58,751 nucleotides of DNA from Gammaproteobacteria bacterium (lineage in GTDB: Bacteria; Pseudomonadota; Gammaproteobacteria; Steroidobacterales; Steroidobacteraceae), in the NCBI GenBank assembly GCA_028870705.1, contig JAGWPD010000252.1:1-58751 (forward strand), read 5' to 3'. Below the pieces are notes generated by a model. That model did no database searches and was not told where the DNA came from. It saw only the letters and a program-made list of their open reading frames with translations. Both the position numbers and the translations under genes were made by a program. Positions 8,259 to 16,983 of this stretch are shown here, piece by piece; positions within the stretch are counted from its first letter, which is position 1, and each line of letters begins with the position of its first letter.

Positions 8259-10516
8259 AGCGGATTGCTGCGTTTTTGGCCTGCGCCGCGGCCGCGACCG
8301 CGACCGCGACCACGGCAGACAATGTGGATCCGAGCTTCCTGTTCACGGCCACTGCGCGCGATCTCGACCGCTACTTTCCGGGCTATCTCGCCAACGGTTA
8401 CACCTCGAGCATGACTTCGCCGCGCGGCACCGAGGGCAATCTCGCCTACATGGTCGCGTTCATGGACTATGCCAGCGACGACATTGCCCGGCCCGCGGCG
8501 ATTCCAGGCTGGAGCGAAATCAACTACAGCACCGGCAAGAGCACGGCCGGCGAGTTCTGGCTCAATCAGGTCAAGCTTGGCGCCAGGGCCTTCAGCGATT
8601 ACAGCCAGACGCTGAACATGTACGACGCCACGCTGGCCACCCACTACCGCTATTGCGACGACAGTGGCCGCGCGACCGACATCAGCGTGATGACTCTGGT
8701 CAGTCAGGATTCGCCGCACCTGGCCGCCACTCAGTTGTCGATCACGCCCGATTTCAGCGGCACCGTGCGACTGAAGTTCCCTTTCAATCTGTGGGCGCCG
8801 CACGTGCCACGATTTCCGATCGCCAGGATGGACGGCGAGCAGATGATGACGGCGGTCGCTGCCAACAACATGAGCGTGCTCGAGCCCGTCAACCACGCCA
8901 CGGCTGATCGCGCGCCCGTCTGGTACCACGGCGACACCCACGTGCTGGCCGGCGACGGGGACACGGGCGATCTGACGCTCTGGCTCGACGCCCGGGCGGA
9001 ACGGGGACTGACGATGTCCGCCGCGGCGGCGATCGGCCTGCCCGACGGGCTCCGTCCCGAAGGCGTCCGACTGGTTCGCGACGCCTACCAGCTGACGCTC
9101 GCGATCGATGTCACGGTCGCAAAGGGCAGGACGTACGTGTTCACGAAGTACGTGGCGCTGGCGCGCCAGGGCTGGGGCGGAGACGCACAGCAGAGCCTGG
9201 CGCTCGCCCGCGCCGCGCGGCAGCAAGGCTTCGCTGCCTTGCTGGCGGCGCACCGCCAGGCCTGGCACGAGCTGTGGAACTCGGACATCGTGGTCGACGG
9301 AAGCGCCGACGTGCAAAGGGCCCTGCATTCCGATCTGTATTACCTGCTGTCAAACTCGACGGTCGGCACGGCCTGGCCGATGGGCGCCTGCGGCCTGACG
9401 CCCAACTATGCCGGCCACGCCTTCTGGGACAGCGATTCCTGGGTGTTTCCGGCCCTCTTGCTGCTGCACCCGGAACGCGCCCGGCCCATCGTGATGTTCC
9501 GTCATCGCACCATGCAACCGGCGCGCGAGCGCGCCATCCAGTATGGGGCGCGGGGCACGATGTATCCGTGGGAGGCCGACCCCGAAACCGGCGTCGATCA
9601 CACGCCGCACTTCGCTTACGGCGTGTATCGCGAGATCCACGTGAACGCCGATATCGCCATCGCTCAATGGCAATATTATCTGGCCAGCGGCGATCGCGAC
9701 TGGTTGCGCGCCTACGGCTGGCCTGTGATCCGGGAGATTGCGCAGTTCTGGGCCAGCCGGGTCGAGTACAACGAGGCCGCGCACCGCTACGAGATCCATC
9801 ACGTGACCTCGCCCGATGAGGCCTACGACGATGTCTCGAACGATTCCTTCACCAATGCGGCCGCGCGCAAGGCGCTCGACATCGCCAGCGCCGCGGCGCA
9901 GGCGGTGGGCACGAGGCCCGATCCGCAGTGGGCGCGGATCGCGCGCCAATTGTACATCCCGTTCTCGCAGCGGGAGCAGCGGCACCTTGATTTCGATGCG
10001 ACGGTGCCGCACGACAAGGTGACCTGGATGGGTTCCTCGCTCTCGTGGCTCGCCTATCCCAACCTCGATCTGCCGATGAGCCCGCAGGTGCGCCGCAACG
10101 ACTTCGCTTTCCAGCTCAATGAGCTGAAAGTGCACGGCGATGACCCGAACGAGATGATGATGGTGATGCTGGCTGTGCATGCGGCGGAACTGGGCGCAGC
10201 CGAAGTGGCGGAACAATGGATCGATCGCAATCTGGTCGGGTTCATCAAGCCGCCCTTCAATGTCCGCAGCGAGACCGTAGCCAACAACGCCGGATACATA
10301 TTGGCCACCTCGGCAGGGTTCGTGCAGAGCTTCCTCTACGGGTTCACGGGCCTGCGTATCGACGATGCGGGCTTGTCCGCAGCCTATGCGCCCGTGTTGC
10401 CCGACGACTGGAAATCACTGACGCTGAGGAACGTCAGCTTTCGTGGCCAGCGCTTCGACATTGTCGTTGACCGCGACGCCAGCGGCCAGGTCAGGCTGTC
10501 GCGCAAGGCGCTGTAG
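8255..10516 (+). CDS. Secreted GH65-family glycoside hydrolase paralog
   Basis: Signal peptide 'MKRIAAFLACAAAATATATTA'. GH65 core motifs 'GHAFWDSDSWVFPALL', 'MYPWEADPETG' and 'HHVTSPDEAYDDVSNDSFTN'. Confidence 0.8.
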   Translation: MKRIAAFLACAAAATATATTADNVDPSFLFTATARDLDRYFPGYLANGYTSSMTSPRGTEGNLAYMVAFMDYASDDIARPAAIPGWSEINYSTGKSTAGEFWLNQVKLGARAFSDYSQTLNMYDATLATHYRYCDDSGRATDISVMTLVSQDSPHLAATQLSITPDFSGTVRLKFPFNLWAPHVPRFPIARMDGEQMMTAVAANNMSVLEPVNHATADRAPVWYHGDTHVLAGDGDTGDLTLWLDARAERGLTMSAAAAIGLPDGLRPEGVRLVRDAYQLTLAIDVTVAKGRTYVFTKYVALARQGWGGDAQQSLALARAARQQGFAALLAAHRQAWHELWNSDIVVDGSADVQRALHSDLYYLLSNSTVGTAWPMGACGLTPNYAGHAFWDSDSWVFPALLLLHPERARPIVMFRHRTMQPARERAIQYGARGTMYPWEADPETGVDHTPHFAYGVYREIHVNADIAIAQWQYYLASGDRDWLRAYGWPVIREIAQFWASRVEYNEAAHRYEIHHVTSPDEAYDDVSNDSFTNAAARKALDIASAAAQAVGTRPDPQWARIARQLYIPFSQREQRHLDFDATVPHDKVTWMGSSLSWLAYPNLDLPMSPQVRRNDFAFQLNELKVHGDDPNEMMMVMLAVHAAELGAAEVAEQWIDRNLVGFIKPPFNVRSETVANNAGYILATSAGFVQSFLYGFTGLRIDDAGLSAAYAPVLPDDWKSLTLRNVSFRGQRFDIVVDRDASGQVRLSRKAL

Positions 10517-10518
10517 CC

Positions 10519-11612
10519 GTGCCGCCCGCAGCGCCTGGGACACAGTCGGTGGCTACCGCCCGCGCGGCACTGCGCTGCGCCGGCCTGCTGGTGCTCTCCA
10601 TAGGCAGCGTGCTCAGCTGGTCGGCGCCAACTACATACCGGCAACCGCGATCAACCAGCTCGAGGTGTGGCAGGCCGGCAGCTTCGATCCGGCGACAATC
10701 GAGCGGGAGCTGTCCCTGGCCGAATCGATCGGCATGAATACGGTGCGCGTGTTCCTCCACGATCTGCTGTGGTAGCAGGATGCGGCCGGGTTTCGCACAC
10801 GCATAGACCAGTTTCTCTCCATCGCGGCCCGCCATCGCATCAAAGTGCTGTTCGTGCTGTTCGATTCGTGCTGGAATCCGCAGCCTCGGCTGCGGACCCA
10901 GCATCCGCCGGTTCCCGGCATACACAATTCGGGTTGGGTGCAGAGCCCGGCCGCGCATGCGCTCGAGGATCCACGCGAATACCCGCGGCTGCGCGCCTAC
11001 GTGGAGGGCGTGATCGGCGCCTTCGCCACCGACGAGCGTATCCTGGCGTGGGATCTGTGGAATGAGCCCGACAATGAAGGCGGCACGGCTTATGCCACGA
11101 CCGATGCCAGGCACAAGAATCTGCTGGTCGCCGCGCTGCTGCCGCAAGTCTATGCGTGGGCGCGGGCGCGCAATCCGCGGCAACCGTTGACGAGCGGGCT
11201 CTGGAAAAACGACTGGGTGGCGCGTGCTGCGCTCAGTGCCTTCGAACAGATGCAGGTCGAACAGTCCGACGTGTTATCGCTGCACAACTACAGCTGGCCG
11301 GAGAACTTCGCGCAAAGCATTCGCTGGCTCCAGCGCTTTCACCGCCCAATACTGTGCACCGAATACATGGCGCGCACCGTGGGCAGTATCTTTGACCTGA
11401 TACTGCCGGTTGCCAAGCGGCTGCGGGTGGCCGCGATCAGCCGGGGACTCGTGCAGGGCAAGACGCAAACCAATCTTCCGTGGGATTCCTGGCAGCATCC
11501 TCACATCGGGCACGAACCGCCCGTGTGGCTGCACGATATTTTCCGCGCCGACGGCACGCCGTACCGGACGCGCGAAGTGGAGCTGATCCGCGCGCTGGCG
11601 CCCGCCCGCTAG
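10519..11612 (+). pseudogene. Clan GH-A (GH5-like TIM-barrel) glycoside hydrolase, disrupted
   Basis: ORFs 10443-10775 and 10845-11612 share one frame and are split by a single in-frame TAG at 10773-10775 ('FLHDLLW*QDAAGF'). 'LWNEPDNEG' (acid/base Glu, 11064-11066) and 'ILCTEYMAR' (nucleophile Glu, 11361-11363) are present. The only plausible start and signal peptide (ATG 10519) lie in a different frame from the catalytic domain. Confidence 0.6.
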
Positions 11613-12142
11613 CGCTGCGCCGGCTTGAAGAGCCCCGCGTAGGCCGGGATCTGTTTCGCCAGGGCGTCCCGAATTGCCGTGGCGGAGCGCAGGAAATCCA
11701 GATCCGGTTTCCTGGTACCCGCCGCGATCTTGTAGGCCAGCACGACCTCGCCCACATTTTCGCCCGCCGCATCGCGCAGCGGCATCATCACCACGTACTT
11801 CCTGACCGCATCATTGGGCCGGTGCCACCTGGGATCCAGGATCGTGATGCCCTTCTTGCTGATGTCCACATCATCGGGATCGTCCGCATTTCCGATCCGG
11901 TCGGGGAAGGAGCCGGCGAACATGGTGTAATTGTCGACGCCACCAGGTGGCACCCCATGCAGCGTCATGCTGACGAGTTCCGGGTGATGCGCCATGATGC
12001 GGTCCACCAGCTGCTGGGCGTGAATCGGCTGTGCGGGCGGCGCCCAGTTCTTCGGATGGGGCGCGTCCGCGGCTGCAGCCACGAAACAAGTCAGGATGCT
12101 CGCCGCGACGATGGCGACTGGATGACGGGCAGATAGTTGCAT
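11609..12142 (-). CDS. Secreted 177-aa protein with one copy of an uncharacterised periplasmic module
   Basis: Signal peptide 'MQLSARHPVAIVAASILTCFVAAAADA'. The segment 'AQQLVDRIMAHHPELVSMTLHGVPPGG...GENVGEVVLAYK' is paralogous to residues ~170-290 of the 604-aa protein at 15098-16912. Confidence 0.7.
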   Translation of the reverse strand: MQLSARHPVAIVAASILTCFVAAAADAPHPKNWAPPAQPIHAQQLVDRIMAHHPELVSMTLHGVPPGGVDNYTMFAGSFPDRIGNADDPDDVDISKKGITILDPRWHRPNDAVRKYVVMMPLRDAAGENVGEVVLAYKIAAGTRKPDLDFLRSATAIRDALAKQIPAYAGLFKPAQR

Positions 12143-12145
12143 GGT

Positions 12146-15043
12146 CTACATCCCCACTGATACGGTCAGGTACACCAGCCGCCCGATGGGCGAGAAGCTG
12201 GACACGTCGGCATTGTTGTCGCTGTAGGCGCGCGGCGCGAGCGGTGGCATGGCATTCGCCAGGTTGTTCACGCCGACGGCCGCACGGACCTCCTTGAACC
12301 CGCGGGGCGCAAACACGCTCTCTGCGCGCAGATCCCACGTCGTATAGCCGCTCACGTGGACGGGGGCCAGGTTGCCGCCAGCACCCGTGTCGGTGGTCGG
12401 CGCCGCCCAGGTATTACCCAGGCTGAGCGTGAAGTCGCGCACCGACCAGGCAAGCGAGGTGTAGAAGCGGTAGCGCGGCAGCGTGCCGCCGAACACGCCA
12501 TTGTTGGTCGTGTGCCCGGCGTACTCGATGTAGGTTTGCCCGGGCAGTCCCTGGAAGGTGAACGACTGCATCAACGTGCCGTTGGTGCGCAGGTCGAAGG
12601 CGCCATGATCCTGCGTATGGAGGTTGTACTCCGCGCCGAAGTTCCAGCTCTTCTCCTCCAGTTGCGACAGGTTGCGGAACTGGTCGACCAGGTAGAGCCG
12701 GTTGGCCTGGTTGGGATCACCCAGGCCCGCGCCGTTGGTCAGGAAGGTTTTCAATGCACCGGGTGCCGTGAATGGATTGGTGGCCCCGGAGCCAGGAAAG
12801 CCATCGACGGCCAGGTTGCCGAAGAACGGCGAAGCCGAACCCAGCGTATTGACGCTGTTCAGGATCGTGTTGAAACCGATGCCGCCCTGGAAGCCCGACA
12901 GCGTGATATGGGAATAGTCGGCGTTGAGCGTGAACCCCGGCGCGAATTGCGGCCTGAACACGAAGCCGATCGTGCGTGAATTCGAAGTGGCCGGCTGGAG
13001 TGCGGGATTGTTGCCGTCCTCGCCGTTGAAGGGCATGCCCGCGTAGCTCGCGCCGAACACGCCCTGGATGACGGCCGCGCCGACCTGGCGGGTATCCGTC
13101 GGTCCGTATTCCGAATACAGAGTTGGCGCGATGAAGGACTTGGCGTAGTTGCCGCGCACCGTCAGCTGCTTGCCGAAGGGCTGCCAGCGGAACCCGAGCT
13201 TCGGTACCGTGGAATTGCCCGCATCGCTGTAGCGCTCGCCGCGCACCGAACCGGTCAGGTCCAGCACGCGCAGTCCGGGCACGCTCAGTTTGTCGCTGGT
13301 GACGGGAATCCGGACTTCCAGGAACGCACCGCTGATCGTGCGGCTCTTGCTGAACGGATCGGCATAGGTACCGCCCAGCCATTGCTGGTCATTGCCGCTG
13401 ACCAGTTGGGTGACCGGGTCGGTCACGCGTCCATTCGGGTCCGTGCTGCCCGACAGACTCTCGCGCCTGAGGCTGACGCCTGCCGCCACGCCGACTTTGC
13501 CGGCCGGCACGCCGAAGGGTTCGCCGACGATCTTGGCGTCCCAGCTGACGAGGTGACTGGCTGCGCGAATCCGCTCGGTGCCAAACACGTTCGCCAGCGA
13601 CGCCGGGGAGACGCCGGCGTTGGCAGCGAGGGCATTCAGGGCCGGCTGCGTCACCATGGGGCCGGTCAACGAATAACCGCTGTGCACCGAACTGTAGGCG
13701 CCTCCCGCGAGCGCGTTGCCCGACGCATCGTAGCCGCCGGCAATCGCCAGCGGCAGGTTGGGTTTGTAGATCAGTCCACCCTGGAGCTGTTCCAGATCGC
13801 TCTCGCTGTAAACGGCGGCGGTCTCCCACTGCCAGCCCGCGCCCAGCGTTCCACGCAGGCCCGCCGTGAACCGGTAGGCGTTGACGGTGTTGTTGAACGT
13901 GTGCCCATAGGGCAGATAAGTGAACACCACGCCGCTCATGGCGCCCGTGAGTGGATCGTAGGCAGAGCCCGCCGGCACCGTCAGGCCCGCGGCCGCCACC
14001 GGCAGCCAGCGCGTCCAGCTCTTGCCCTGGGAGGCCATCAGGTCGCCGAACAATTCGACGCTCCCCGTTGCTCCCAACGGCAGGTGGAAGCGGCTCACGA
14101 GCGACTTCATGTCCTGCCGCATGAGGATCGTCTGGTACGGCGCGACATTGAATCCGCCGCGGATCGCCGCCGCAGTGGTCGGCAGGTAGGTGCCGTTGGC
14201 AACCAGCTGCGCCATGCTGGTGGCGGTCGCGGCGGTACCGGTCGGGTTCAGGGCGCCGGGAGAACTGACGTACGGATTGAGGATATAGGCGCCGCCGCCG
14301 ACGACGCCGGGCACATTCGAGCTGATGTTCACGAGCGGGTTCGAGAACGCACGTTCGTTCTGGAACAGCGGATCGGAATAGGTGATGCTCGCCGTCGCCG
14401 TGATATTGCCGCGGCCCACGGGCATCCCGCCCTGGACGAATACCGATCCTTCCCCATAGTTCGAAGCGGTGCCCGCACGCACTCCCGCCCGCAGTCCCTG
14501 GTAGTTGGACTTCAGGACGAAATTGACGACGCCACCAATGGCGTCGGAACCGTAGAGCGAGGATGCGCCATCGGTCAGCACGTCGACGTGATCGATGGAG
14601 TCGGCCGGTATCTGGTTGACGTCGACGAAGTTCTTGCCATTGATGCCACCGATGCCGCTGTTGGCGACACGCCGGCCGTCGACCAGCACCAGCGTGGGCA
14701 GGTTGCGCAGCTGCAGCTGGGAGCCGCCCGCCGTGTTCTGGTTGTTGTTGTTGGCATTGCTGTTGCCCGCGTTGCTGCGCCCCTGGAAGGCCGGAATGCT
14801 CTTGCGGAGCATTTCCAGGGCGTTGCCGGTGGTGCCGGTCTGCCGCAGCTGCGCGGCATCGAGCGTTTCGACCGGCACCGCGATCTCATCGGGCGCAGTC
14901 GGGATGGCGGTGCCCGTCACGATCACTTCTTCGAGCGTATCGCCACTGGCATCCGCCGCCTGGGCGCGGCCGCCGGCGATGGCAGCCGCGACCGCCACGA
15001 CGAGGGCGGTCGATAGCGTGTCTAATTTGCGGATCATCGTCAT
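12146..15043 (-). CDS. TonB-dependent outer-membrane receptor (965 aa)
   Basis: Signal peptide, then the plug 'TLEEVIVTGTAIPTAP...LRNLPTLVLVDGRRV...VDVNQIPADSIDHVDVLTDGASSLYGSDAIGGVVNF', then a long barrel. Confidence 0.9.
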   Translation of the reverse strand: MTMIRKLDTLSTALVVAVAAAIAGGRAQAADASGDTLEEVIVTGTAIPTAPDEIAVPVETLDAAQLRQTGTTGNALEMLRKSIPAFQGRSNAGNSNANNNNQNTAGGSQLQLRNLPTLVLVDGRRVANSGIGGINGKNFVDVNQIPADSIDHVDVLTDGASSLYGSDAIGGVVNFVLKSNYQGLRAGVRAGTASNYGEGSVFVQGGMPVGRGNITATASITYSDPLFQNERAFSNPLVNISSNVPGVVGGGAYILNPYVSSPGALNPTGTAATATSMAQLVANGTYLPTTAAAIRGGFNVAPYQTILMRQDMKSLVSRFHLPLGATGSVELFGDLMASQGKSWTRWLPVAAAGLTVPAGSAYDPLTGAMSGVVFTYLPYGHTFNNTVNAYRFTAGLRGTLGAGWQWETAAVYSESDLEQLQGGLIYKPNLPLAIAGGYDASGNALAGGAYSSVHSGYSLTGPMVTQPALNALAANAGVSPASLANVFGTERIRAASHLVSWDAKIVGEPFGVPAGKVGVAAGVSLRRESLSGSTDPNGRVTDPVTQLVSGNDQQWLGGTYADPFSKSRTISGAFLEVRIPVTSDKLSVPGLRVLDLTGSVRGERYSDAGNSTVPKLGFRWQPFGKQLTVRGNYAKSFIAPTLYSEYGPTDTRQVGAAVIQGVFGASYAGMPFNGEDGNNPALQPATSNSRTIGFVFRPQFAPGFTLNADYSHITLSGFQGGIGFNTILNSVNTLGSASPFFGNLAVDGFPGSGATNPFTAPGALKTFLTNGAGLGDPNQANRLYLVDQFRNLSQLEEKSWNFGAEYNLHTQDHGAFDLRTNGTLMQSFTFQGLPGQTYIEYAGHTTNNGVFGGTLPRYRFYTSLAWSVRDFTLSLGNTWAAPTTDTGAGGNLAPVHVSGYTTWDLRAESVFAPRGFKEVRAAVGVNNLANAMPPLAPRAYSDNNADVSSFSPIGRLVYLTVSVGM

Positions 15044-15097
15044 TTCCCCCCTGCAGTGAATCCAGGAACCCGGCGGACCGGCAGTCAGCGAGCCATC

Positions 15098-16912
15098 CTA
15101 GTCCATGGGACTGATGTCAAACCACATGATGGCGGCGCCGCTCTTGCGCTCGCCAGGCGATACCGCGACGAACAGGCGGCGCAGCTGCGGGACCAGGATC
15201 CCGGTCTTGGCGCCCGCAGCACTCGCCACGGAAGCGAGCGGCGTGACGCCGCCGTCTTCGGCAAGGGCATAAACGGCGATGCTGCCAGCGCCACCCGGCG
15301 CGTAGATGCGCCGATTGGCCACGTCCAGCAGTTCCTGGTCGCTCCAGCCGGGACCATCGTAGACGCCCAGCGTCGCACCGCTAGACGAATCCATCGCGAT
15401 GAGCTTGCCCGGCTTGCGCGTCACGACGTAAACGCGGCGCGAGACGGGATCGAACTGCACCATGGCGTTCTGCTCGGCAGCGCGCACGGGCCAGACGCTC
15501 GCGACCTCATGACGGGCCGGATCGACCACCGCCAGCTGGTTCTTGTCGGTCAGGTTGATGTAGATGCGCTGGCCACCGGGTTCGATCGCCAGCGCCTCTA
15601 CATGGTTGGCATCGAAGTGGGTCTCGCCGATGTGGCTGCCCGTCTGCGGATCGATTTCCTCGAGCCAGGATTCGTTCAGGTGCACGTCCTTGCCGCCCGT
15701 GACCACGAACAGGTGGCCGCTCGCGGGATCCACGGCAATCGAATCAGCGCCCGGATGAGTCTTGATCTCACCCTGGCGCGCGTAGCTGTCGGCGTCCAGG
15801 ATCTTGATGGACCCGCTCCCATCGGTGAGCAGGAGGCGCGAGGTACCGGGCACCAGGTACGGGCTGTGCGGTGTATCGAAGCCCTTGATGGTCCGCAGGT
15901 GCTTGCCGGTGTGCAGGTCGAACACTTCCAGCGTCCCGTGGTCCTCGGCGGCCAGCAGCAGCCGGTTGCGGGCCGGATCCACCTCGAAATGGTCGAAGTC
16001 CCCGCTGTAGCCCGGCAGCTCCGTGCGCCCGGCGTACACCAGCGGCGGACGGGGTGCGACGGTCTCGAACAGCGCTGCCGCATTCTCGATGCGCGGCTCG
16101 AGCTGCGCCCGGATGGCGTCCGCCGCCGTGTGCAGGGCTGCCTGGTCCACACCGGCGTGATAGGCATAGACAATGCCGACCGCGCCGATGACCGCCCCGG
16201 CGCGGTCGTGCAGCTGCAGCTCCACCTCGAAGCGCTTGCCGGTGGAATTCACCTCCAGGTTGGGCTTGCCGGTGTACACGCAGCGCATGTCATCGTTGTC
16301 GCCCTTCTTGCCGATGCGGCCGATATTGGAACCGGCGATCACGTTGTAGTCGCTCTCGGGGGGCGTCGCGTGGATCGCGAAGATCAGCACCTCGGGGTGC
16401 TTGGCCAGCACTTCGTCGACCAGTTGCTGGGCGCGCGTGTGCAGGCGGGCATCGCTGTCGTACGGAAACGGATCGGTGAGATTTCCGGCAGTGGAAACGC
16501 GGCGGCCGAACCAGTGCTGCACCTGGCGGGCCTGTTCGAGCATGCCGGCCGGCGGCACGCTGCCGCGAGCGAACCCGACCTCGAGCGTACCGACGGCATC
16601 GCCCGACACGTCCAGCAGCGGCAGCAGGACTGTCGTGCCGCGTGCGCCCTCCTCGACCCGCCCCGCCGGGGGGATGAATCCGCCGGCAGCGGCCATGTAC
16701 GCCTGGCCGACGCGGGCAGGATCGGTGGCTGCAACCACGACCGGGGGGCCGTTGGCAGCCACGGCGGCGCTGATCACCAGGCTCGCAACAGCCGGGTGCG
16801 CCGCGACCGCGGGACGCACGAGTGACTGGGCATAGCTATCCACTCCGGCACCGCGCGCCGCCGCGACGCTGCTGGCCAACGCAAGAAATCCAGCCACCAG
16901 GATCCGCTTCAT
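15098..16912 (-). CDS. Secreted fusion protein: two copies of the uncharacterised periplasmic module plus a C-terminal YVTN/YncE-like beta-propeller
   Basis: Signal peptide 'MKRILVAGFLALASSVAAA'. Two N-terminal modules of about 120 aa each. The C-terminal ~320 aa carry repeated 'RLLLAAEDHGTLEVFD', 'HLFVVTGG', 'RIYINLTDKNQLAVVD' and 'RVYVVTRKPGKLIAMD' blade-like units. Confidence 0.75.
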   Translation of the reverse strand: MKRILVAGFLALASSVAAARGAGVDSYAQSLVRPAVAAHPAVASLVISAAVAANGPPVVVAATDPARVGQAYMAAAGGFIPPAGRVEEGARGTTVLLPLLDVSGDAVGTLEVGFARGSVPPAGMLEQARQVQHWFGRRVSTAGNLTDPFPYDSDARLHTRAQQLVDEVLAKHPEVLIFAIHATPPESDYNVIAGSNIGRIGKKGDNDDMRCVYTGKPNLEVNSTGKRFEVELQLHDRAGAVIGAVGIVYAYHAGVDQAALHTAADAIRAQLEPRIENAAALFETVAPRPPLVYAGRTELPGYSGDFDHFEVDPARNRLLLAAEDHGTLEVFDLHTGKHLRTIKGFDTPHSPYLVPGTSRLLLTDGSGSIKILDADSYARQGEIKTHPGADSIAVDPASGHLFVVTGGKDVHLNESWLEEIDPQTGSHIGETHFDANHVEALAIEPGGQRIYINLTDKNQLAVVDPARHEVASVWPVRAAEQNAMVQFDPVSRRVYVVTRKPGKLIAMDSSSGATLGVYDGPGWSDQELLDVANRRIYAPGGAGSIAVYALAEDGGVTPLASVASAAGAKTGILVPQLRRLFVAVSPGERKSGAAIMWFDISPMD

Positions 16913-16983
16913 CCCATTCCCCGTAGTTGATTGTGTCTTTGTGCCAGGCCGTTATAGGCGGCCAATCTGAAACAAGCCTGAAC

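Noticed and set aside
8294-8311. (GCGACC)x3 hexanucleotide repeat in the signal peptide of the secreted GH65 ('ATATAT'), as a possible slipped-strand phase-variation tract.
   Set aside because: There are only three units, and unit changes keep the reading frame. Such Ala/Thr repeats are common in signal-peptide regions of GC-rich genomes.
9158-9169. A third copy of the palindrome CTGGCGCGCCAG inside the GH65 coding region, as possible evidence of a dispersed regulatory site.
   Set aside because: It simply encodes 'LARQ' in frame. A G/C-only 12-mer recurring once in GC-rich coding DNA is not surprising, and this tempers the significance of the intergenic pair.
10773-10775. The in-frame TAG as programmed read-through or pyrrolysine.
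   Set aside because: No pyl genes or read-through context are visible, and the host is an ordinary proteobacterium. The same gene also appears frame-disrupted near its 5' end, so decay or sequencing error is the simpler reading.
12356-16825. Long ORFs antisense to the TBDR and propeller genes (for example 13382-15016 + 544 aa and 15056-16825 + 589 aa).
   Set aside because: Similar long antisense ORFs occur elsewhere: 2407-3546, 8156-9328, 38865-41396, 42975-44714, 50038-51996 (first ~1650 nt) and 56203-58236. All are Arg/Gly/Ala/Pro/His-rich with no recognisable motifs. They lie opposite genes with strong family signatures. They are the expected by-product of stop-poor antisense frames in GC-rich DNA.
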